64,000 nucleotides of DNA from an uncultured virus (IMG/VR IMGVR_UViG_3300022555_000019). Lineage: Duplodnaviria; Heunggongvirae; Uroviricota; Caudoviricetes. A program made the position numbers and the translations under genes. Location: IMG/VR virus record IMGVR_UViG_3300022555_000019, one strand, 5' to 3'. The number at the start of each line of letters is the position of its first letter. Position 1 is the first letter of the stretch. The notes beneath the pieces are model-generated. The model was given only the letters and a program-made list of their open reading frames with translations. It did no database searches and was not told the DNA's origin. Positions 58,036 to 64,000 of this stretch are shown one piece after another.

Positions 58036-58467
58036 ATGAAGCATTTAAAAATGTTCGAAAATAAGTAAAATTCACAACAAGAATTGGAGTATATTATTAT
58101 TGATATTGATGAACTATTTGAAAAATATGTTGGTCACAAACGAATGGAATTGGCAAAGGAAATGGATAGCGTTGGAACTATAATTAATAAGGATAAAGAA
58201 TTATCAAAAAAGATTATGGAATATGAGAAAAAATTAGAAGAATTATGCGCAGATAAGCTGGTTAGTCAATTTACTCTTACTCGTGAAATAAAAAAAGTTG
58301 TTATGTTTGTTATTGTAAACGAAAATCCACCATTTGAAACCACATTAAATTATTATGATCCACGACCATTAGATAAAATCATCGAATTACCAGAAATAAA
58401 GATTTGGTCTGATAAATACAGAAAACAATGGGAAATTAACAATAACGCAAATCGATTCGATATGTAA
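58036..58467 (+). pseudogene. MKHLKMFE...RFDM family gene with in-frame TAA at codon 11
   Basis: ATG 58036 MKHLKMFENK*NSQQEL continues in frame into track ORF 58084-58467. Confidence 0.65.
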
Positions 58468-58842
58468 TTAAATATTGTGTAATCCCTTACCTTCATTTGA
58501 ATGACTTAAACTAATCATTTTTGGTGTTTCTTGGTTGTTTCGTTTCTGATATAATTGATTCAATCCACCAGCTATTCCCCGTTTACAAATCTCCGAAAAG
58601 TATGTGAACGGGGATGAATATCTTTTTTCATTGAATCCTTTCCAATTTTGGAACATTGATAATATTCCTTGCTGCATGCAATCAAATTTATCTTCCTGTG
58701 TTTTATATCGTCTATCGAATTTTTTTATCATTTCTTCACCAATTTTTATTAGCATTCTTTCGGTTTTTTTGGTCAGTCTTCCTCGGCCCTTAGAAACAAC
58801 AATTTCAAAGTAGAATTCTGTATCATCTACATATCTTGGCAT
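58468..58842 (-). CDS. late-transcription sigma factor (T4 gp55-like)
   Basis: RYVDDTEF, DCMQQGI, FNEKRYSSPFTYFSEIC. Confidence 0.75.
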   Translation of the reverse strand: MPRYVDDTEFYFEIVVSKGRGRLTKKTERMLIKIGEEMIKKFDRRYKTQEDKFDCMQQGILSMFQNWKGFNEKRYSSPFTYFSEICKRGIAGGLNQLYQKRNNQETPKMISLSHSNEGKGLHNI

Positions 58843-58987
58843 ATATTGGGGTTGTTTTTTGCAAAAAATCTCAAATTTAAAGCCTTTTAATTAAAAAATA
58901 TCACCACACATATGAATTCATCTATATATGTAGATATGTAAATACGACTCTTATAGTAATTAATTAATTATTAGTTTAAATTAAATA

Positions 58988-59027
58988 AAAAAAATGCCCA
59001 GAAATATTATTTTCTGAGCATTTTTTA
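58988..59027. terminator. intrinsic terminator
   Basis: A-run-TGCCCAGAAA..TTTCTGAGCA-T-run. Confidence 0.65.
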
Positions 59028-59114
59028 TTTAATTGAATTATTTTACAAATGTTTGTATTTTTCTTCATGCCAACGATTTAAGACTTCGGCATAAAGTTCC
59101 TTATATTCAGACTC

Positions 59115-59144
59115 AAAAAATGCCCCGATTTTTCGGGGCATTTT
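59115..59144 (-). terminator. intrinsic terminator
   Basis: AAAAAATGCCCCGA-TTT-TCGGGGCATTTT. Confidence 0.85.
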
Positions 59145-59166
59145 ATAAGTCTTTAACTTAATTAAA

Positions 59167-60453
59167 TTATAGAATCATTCTTTTTGCCTTAATTTTATCA
59201 TCCTTTACATCTCTTAAATTTTCGTATAGTTCATGCTTATAAAGGAGTAAATCATTAAACGTTTTCTTTAATTGCTTATCTGAATTTACTAAAACTTCAT
59301 TATCCCTAAGTAATGCAATTGATTCATTAACTTCTTTAATTTTTTCTTCAACCTTTTTTTCTTTATCCTCTAATGATCGCAAGTGCTTTAATTCTTTTGA
59401 AAGTTTATTTTCTAAGAATTTTGACAAGTCATAATCAAGGTCTTTCTGAAGATCGTTGATCAGATCATTAGCGGAAGTATACTCGTAGAAAGCATTTCCT
59501 CTTCTTGCGTCTTTTGTGTATGTATACATTTTATCTTTGTAATTAAAAACATAACTTTCCATGTATGGATGTAAGAAGTTTTCAACTTTTAGTGCAATAT
59601 CCAAATCTACAAATTTATCAATGTTCTGAGCAGTTGTATAACTTAAAACGTAATAATCTTTCTTAAGCCAAGGAATAATTTTTGATGTAAATAAATTTTC
59701 CAATGTTGTTTCCTTATCCAATTTCTCTTCATTCAAAAATATATCTTTTTCATTTTTTGTTGAAATGCTAAGAGTTAAATTTTCATCAATTCTGAAGCTA
59801 ATTTTATCTTCGCTAATATCTGCCATTGATACTGCCTTTTCAAGTATTCTGATTTCTTTCAATTTTTCAGCATCCTTAATATGGTTTTCTGCCAAAGTCT
59901 GTTTAATTTCATCTGGTGTAATTAAGAACCATTTTTCAGCTATAAATGCCATCGTACCATCTTCAACTTTTTCTACCAATGTAAATACTTTAGAAGCCTT
60001 ACCTGAATTATTTAAATTCTGTCTTTCAATAGGATTTTTTGAATAGCCTGTTAAAAATAATTTAACTTCTGGAATCCAATCATGAATTACTAACTCATTC
60101 ATAATTGACTCCATTTTAGAATCATTGTCCTGTTGATTAATAATATTCAAAATAGAGTTCAAAGCTGGGCGATACATCTCACCATAATTTTTTCTTTCGA
60201 TCTTTTTGTAAAGGTCCTTTAAATTGTAATTAACTGGATCAGCCTTCAATTCAGTTTCCATCGATTCCATAAGCCTTTTAACGCCAGTATCCCAGCTATG
60301 TGGCATTAACCTTGCATTTAATTGTTCAACTAATTCCTTTTCTGATAAAAGATCATAATTTTGCATAAAATGCTCGATAATGAAACCAACCTCTGTCTCT
60401 TCAAGAGCAAGACTTCTCTTAAATTCGAATAAATCATACTTTAAGTTTTTCAT
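59167..60453 (-). CDS. hypothetical protein, likely late/virion
   Basis: 428 aa with C-terminal coiled coil; extended AATATATA motif at 60519-60550. Confidence 0.7.
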   Translation of the reverse strand: MKNLKYDLFEFKRSLALEETEVGFIIEHFMQNYDLLSEKELVEQLNARLMPHSWDTGVKRLMESMETELKADPVNYNLKDLYKKIERKNYGEMYRPALNSILNIINQQDNDSKMESIMNELVIHDWIPEVKLFLTGYSKNPIERQNLNNSGKASKVFTLVEKVEDGTMAFIAEKWFLITPDEIKQTLAENHIKDAEKLKEIRILEKAVSMADISEDKISFRIDENLTLSISTKNEKDIFLNEEKLDKETTLENLFTSKIIPWLKKDYYVLSYTTAQNIDKFVDLDIALKVENFLHPYMESYVFNYKDKMYTYTKDARRGNAFYEYTSANDLINDLQKDLDYDLSKFLENKLSKELKHLRSLEDKEKKVEEKIKEVNESIALLRDNEVLVNSDKQLKKTFNDLLLYKHELYENLRDVKDDKIKAKRMIL

Positions 60454-60561
60454 ATTTTATTTTATTTTTTTGGTAATGTATCTTGCAGTTTTTATTATTT
60501 TTGGATACAATTATGAGTTATATATTAATAAAAAAATGCCATTTTTTTCCAAAAAATACAT

Positions 60562-60587
60562 AAAAAAAGGTGGGGAATCCCACCTTT
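60562..60587 (-). terminator. intrinsic terminator
   Basis: A7-GGTGGG-GAAT-CCCACC-TTT. Confidence 0.8.
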
Positions 60588-60606
60588 AAATTTTAATAAT
60601 TTAATA

Positions 60607-62133
60607 TCATTCTATAGTGTCAACAAAAATCTTTTTACCAAAAGTTATAAAATCTGCTTTATCTTTACCTTTGATAACCCACATAACTCTACTTTTAATT
60701 CTTGAAATTAAAAATCCTGTTGGGACTGGGGAATTATCACCGTCTGTAAAATAGATCATGAAAGCTGGATTCTTACCTTTTGGGAAAACCAATTTTCTGG
60801 CTTCAAGTGGGCAATTACTATTAAACGGAGTATCTTTATCCCCCCTAATCCACTTAAACGGTGGAATAAAACTGGTTCCGCCATAACCTTTAGGTCTCAA
60901 CTTAGCAATATTTAATGGTTTTGTCCGATCAATTGTGAATTTCTGAATATTAGTAATTGCATCATCACACCATACAATATAACAATTCTCAATACTAAAT
61001 TCTTTAAAAAGCTTCAACAATTCGACAGCAAATGTATTCAATTCGGTCTCACCAATTGACCCAGATGTGTCGATAGCAACAACAACATCTTGATAATCGC
61101 CACGACCAACTTTTTTAAGAGTATTTAAATATTGACCCCTACTAACATATTTCTTATTTGGTAATGCATATTCCCACCTATTAAATACAGTAGCAACAAA
61201 TCTTTTAAGTTCCGTTTTCCAATTAATTTTGGGCTTAATTAAATCTTTAATAAATCGATCTAAACCAGCACTACCTTTACCAGAAATGTGCCTACTACCA
61301 GCCATTCGTCTTAAATCTCCCCACACTTTTGCAAGCTCACCAGCATCAAGTGTTCCTTGTAGAACCTCATTACCAGCGGCTTCACCAGCTTCTGGAGTAA
61401 ATGCATCTTCACCTTCATTACCAAGTTGCCCTGGTTGTAAGATATCATTTGCTGTCAATGCACCATCCTGATCCAACCCAGCACCTTTTTTAATAGCATC
61501 AATTATATCTTTCATTTCTTCGGGGGTTGGCATTCTACCCTGACCGCTGCCACTGCCTTGACCTGGCTTAGGTTTACCACTTCCACTACCACTACCACCT
61601 TGACCTTGACCACCTCCGCCACCTTGACCTTTTTTAGGTCTGTGCTCTTCAATAAGTTCTTCGTAAATCTGCTCAACACTCATGTTTTTATACTTATCAT
61701 CCAACAAAATTTTAACAGGGTTCGTCAAAATATTATCTGATCTCATTTCATTTAATATAATATTAATTGCATAGTCTCCAGCAATATTCCAAAGTTCACC
61801 ATTTCTTGACATTTGCCTATAAAAATGTAACATCGTATTGTGCATAATTTCATGACATAAGACAAAAACTACCTGTTTTACATCAAGTTTTTTAACGAAG
61901 TGTGGATTATAGTAAATATTCCTACCATCAGTAGCCATAGTTTCTACCTCTTTCTTATTAACCATTTCCTTCATTCTAAGATTAAAAAGTAGATCGGAGA
62001 AAAACCCAAAATTTGTCATAACAATAACCATAGCCTCCCGAATTTTCTTCAAAGCACTTTGATCGACAGCACCATTTACAGTCCATTCATTCAAATGATA
62101 GTAATTACTATAGTCTTCAAATTTAATTAGCAT
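60607..62133 (-). CDS. HExxH metallopeptidase + vWA domain protein (DUF2201-like)
   Basis: TMATDG, LCHEIMH, WNIAGDYAIN, AIDTSGSI, GGGT-like GYGGTSF, YFTDG. Confidence 0.88.
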   Translation of the reverse strand: MLIKFEDYSNYYHLNEWTVNGAVDQSALKKIREAMVIVMTNFGFFSDLLFNLRMKEMVNKKEVETMATDGRNIYYNPHFVKKLDVKQVVFVLCHEIMHNTMLHFYRQMSRNGELWNIAGDYAINIILNEMRSDNILTNPVKILLDDKYKNMSVEQIYEELIEEHRPKKGQGGGGGQGQGGSGSGSGKPKPGQGSGSGQGRMPTPEEMKDIIDAIKKGAGLDQDGALTANDILQPGQLGNEGEDAFTPEAGEAAGNEVLQGTLDAGELAKVWGDLRRMAGSRHISGKGSAGLDRFIKDLIKPKINWKTELKRFVATVFNRWEYALPNKKYVSRGQYLNTLKKVGRGDYQDVVVAIDTSGSIGETELNTFAVELLKLFKEFSIENCYIVWCDDAITNIQKFTIDRTKPLNIAKLRPKGYGGTSFIPPFKWIRGDKDTPFNSNCPLEARKLVFPKGKNPAFMIYFTDGDNSPVPTGFLISRIKSRVMWVIKGKDKADFITFGKKIFVDTIE

Positions 62134-62139
62134 GATTAT

Positions 62140-63696
62140 TTACTTTTTTTTGCCTTTAGGTTTATCTTTATCTGGGGGTGTATTATCCCCTTCACCCTCA
62201 ACTTTGTCAATGAATTCTTTACCATATTTGTCTTCGTGCCATAAGTTAAGATAATCTTGATATATATCCCTGTAAGGTTCATCTGTCTTAATATAAGGAT
62301 GTACTTTCTTAAAGAACGATATCAATAATGTAGTATTTTCGAAGTTATCCAATGTCATAGCCCAGTCAATAACATTTTTCATTTCTTGAAGTGTAACTTT
62401 TTTATTTCTCTTGAAGAATGCAATTGAGAAGATAGCAGCGGATTGTTCATGAACATTAAGACCCTTTAATGTAGCTTTAGCTTTAGCTCCATTTTCATAT
62501 ACATCTTGAACCTGTGCATAGTTAAACTTATCCTTCAAATCAAGGTATGCAGCAAATTGACCAGCAGCTTGTGGGCCAACATAATCAGTGAAGATATCAA
62601 CAATTTTCTGTCTTGGAAGTTTACCACCAGCTTCTTCTTTTCTTAAAACATAGTCATTATTAGCTTTTACCCATGTACGTGGGCTGGGCCAGTTTTCTTG
62701 TTCATCATCAGGGTCCATCTTATGTAACCATTCTTCGGAAAATTTAATGAATCCAATTAAATCACCATCAATATCAGGATTATTTGAAGCCCATTTTATC
62801 CAGTGTGGGGCATCAGTTATCATATTCATATGTTTAAAACGGTTACTCATTCTAAACCCCATATCTGTAACATCAGCATCTTCCTTCCTATTACCAGCAG
62901 CAATTATTATCCACTTGGAAGGAAGCTGATAACTTGCAGTAGGAATTGTACCGTCAAGGGCTAAGTTTAATGACGCATCAAGAACTTTTGGAGTAGCATT
63001 ATTCATTTCATCTAAGAACATTATTCCGCCATTAAGACCTAAAGATTCACAATTATCCCAAGGCATAATTATTGGAACGTTATATGAAGTTCTTCTAACA
63101 TCTTTACCTCTTGAATCAGTCGCAACTGTGACTATTTCTGGAATTCCAATAAAATCTTCAGGTGAGCAGTTTGCTAAATTTACTTCAATCATAAAAAGCC
63201 CCAGTTCTTCACAAACGGCACGAACACTTTCACTTTTACCAATACCAGGAGCCCCCCAAACAAAAAGATTTGGGTGAGATTTTGGGTTTTTAAGCTTCAT
63301 TCTAAAAAGAAATTTAATTTCATCCTGAACTTCTTCTGGAAATACATCACGAACACGCCTTGCATGCTGTAAATTATGTGCTTCAAGTGCAAGGTCTTGT
63401 TCCGATTGAATGCTTCCAGCACTTTTAAAATCATCATCTGTGTCATCTTCAATGCTCATTTTATTAATTTCAGACTCGGACGGAATATTTATTTTTTTAT
63501 TGTTTGGCATATATATTTTAACTTTACCTTTATACTGCCCCTTCTTAACTAAGAATTGTAATAATGGAAGCCACCAAGAGCTACCAGAAAACTTACGTTT
63601 AAAATATGCTAATACCTGATCAAAAGCATTTGTAAGCCAATTCTCATTAAGTCTATATTCATCTGAGAACATATCAAATTTCTTCAACTTTTCCAT
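62140..63696 (-). CDS. MoxR-type AAA+ ATPase
   Basis: WGAPGIGKS, MFLDEMN, AAGNR, NRF, PSPRTW. Confidence 0.9.
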   Translation of the reverse strand: MEKLKKFDMFSDEYRLNENWLTNAFDQVLAYFKRKFSGSSWWLPLLQFLVKKGQYKGKVKIYMPNNKKINIPSESEINKMSIEDDTDDDFKSAGSIQSEQDLALEAHNLQHARRVRDVFPEEVQDEIKFLFRMKLKNPKSHPNLFVWGAPGIGKSESVRAVCEELGLFMIEVNLANCSPEDFIGIPEIVTVATDSRGKDVRRTSYNVPIIMPWDNCESLGLNGGIMFLDEMNNATPKVLDASLNLALDGTIPTASYQLPSKWIIIAAGNRKEDADVTDMGFRMSNRFKHMNMITDAPHWIKWASNNPDIDGDLIGFIKFSEEWLHKMDPDDEQENWPSPRTWVKANNDYVLRKEEAGGKLPRQKIVDIFTDYVGPQAAGQFAAYLDLKDKFNYAQVQDVYENGAKAKATLKGLNVHEQSAAIFSIAFFKRNKKVTLQEMKNVIDWAMTLDNFENTTLLISFFKKVHPYIKTDEPYRDIYQDYLNLWHEDKYGKEFIDKVEGEGDNTPPDKDKPKGKKK

Positions 63697-63749
63697 ATGG
63701 TGAGTAATTTTTTATTTTATATATTATTTTTAAAAATCAATTTTTAAAT

Positions 63750-63781
63750 AAAAAAAAGGTGAAACAAAATCTCACCTTTTT
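63750..63781. terminator. intrinsic terminator
   Basis: A-run-GGTGA..TCACC-T-run. Confidence 0.7.
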
Positions 63782-63799
63782 ATTATTCTATCCCGATCA

Positions 63800-64000
63800 T
63801 CATTTAATTGTATCAACAAAAATCTTTTTGCCGAATTTTATGAATCCCGCATTATCTTTACCTTTAATAACCCAGAACACTCTATCCCTATATCCAGACA
63901 CCATTGTTGGGGTTGGCACTGGGGACACATCACCATCAGTAAAATAAATAATAAATGCAGGAGATGAACCCCTCGGAAATTGTATTTTTCTACTTGATAA
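63800..64000 (-). CDS. C-terminus of a second vWA protein, paralog of 60607-62133 (partial)
   Basis: ...FPRGSSPAFIIYFTDGDVSPVPT...RVFWVIKGKDNAGFIKFGKKIFVDTIK* aligns with ...FPKGKNPAFMIYFTDGDNSPVPT...RVMWVIKGKDKADFITFGKKIFVDTIE*. Confidence 0.85.
   Translation of the reverse strand, partial: LSSRKIQFPRGSSPAFIIYFTDGDVSPVPTPTMVSGYRDRVFWVIKGKDNAGFIKFGKKIFVDTIK

Noticed and set aside
30243..63947. Numerous short antisense or nested ORFs in the track (e.g. 30243, 36376, 51443, 52179, 61229, 63759)
   Set aside because: They lie opposite or inside well-supported genes and show no motifs.
1..64000. Genome-wide TAG reassignment (code 15-like)
   Set aside because: Long genes are intact under the standard code and TAG terminates several genes at natural overlaps; only one gene needs read-through.

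Overview
Very AT-rich fragment of a large T4-like (myovirus-type, probably jumbo) phage genome, most likely infecting Bacteroidota (TAnnTTTG promoters, almost no Shine-Dalgarno sites, a Bacteroidota-type beta-barrel gene). Three blocks are visible. (1) A plus-strand block (~0.9-13.5 kb) of small accessory genes rich in RNA/translation functions: Tpt1/KptA, a ~255-nt minimal RNase P RNA lacking almost all of the S-domain, two Pth2-like genes (one interrupted by TAG at codon 3), two tRNA-ended RNAs, two CUA-anticodon tRNAs flanking an HNH endonuclease, CoaD and YqhA. (2) Mostly minus-strand virion genes: terminase, gp25/gp6-like baseplate, major capsid, protease-scaffold fusion with 14-aa repeats, portal, gp2/gp4-like, gp55-like sigma, and MoxR ATPase plus duplicated vWA genes. 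(3) A ~18-kb nucleotide-sugar/glycosyltransferase/methyltransferase cluster. Two solo TnpB genes and several homing endonucleases are interspersed. Three candidate promoter classes and two recurrent terminal peptide tags can be read from the sequence. The genetic code looks standard (TAG still ends several genes), so the CUA tRNAs look like conditional suppressors that may gate the interrupted Pth2 gene. All product calls come from motif recognition by eye; no searches were run.
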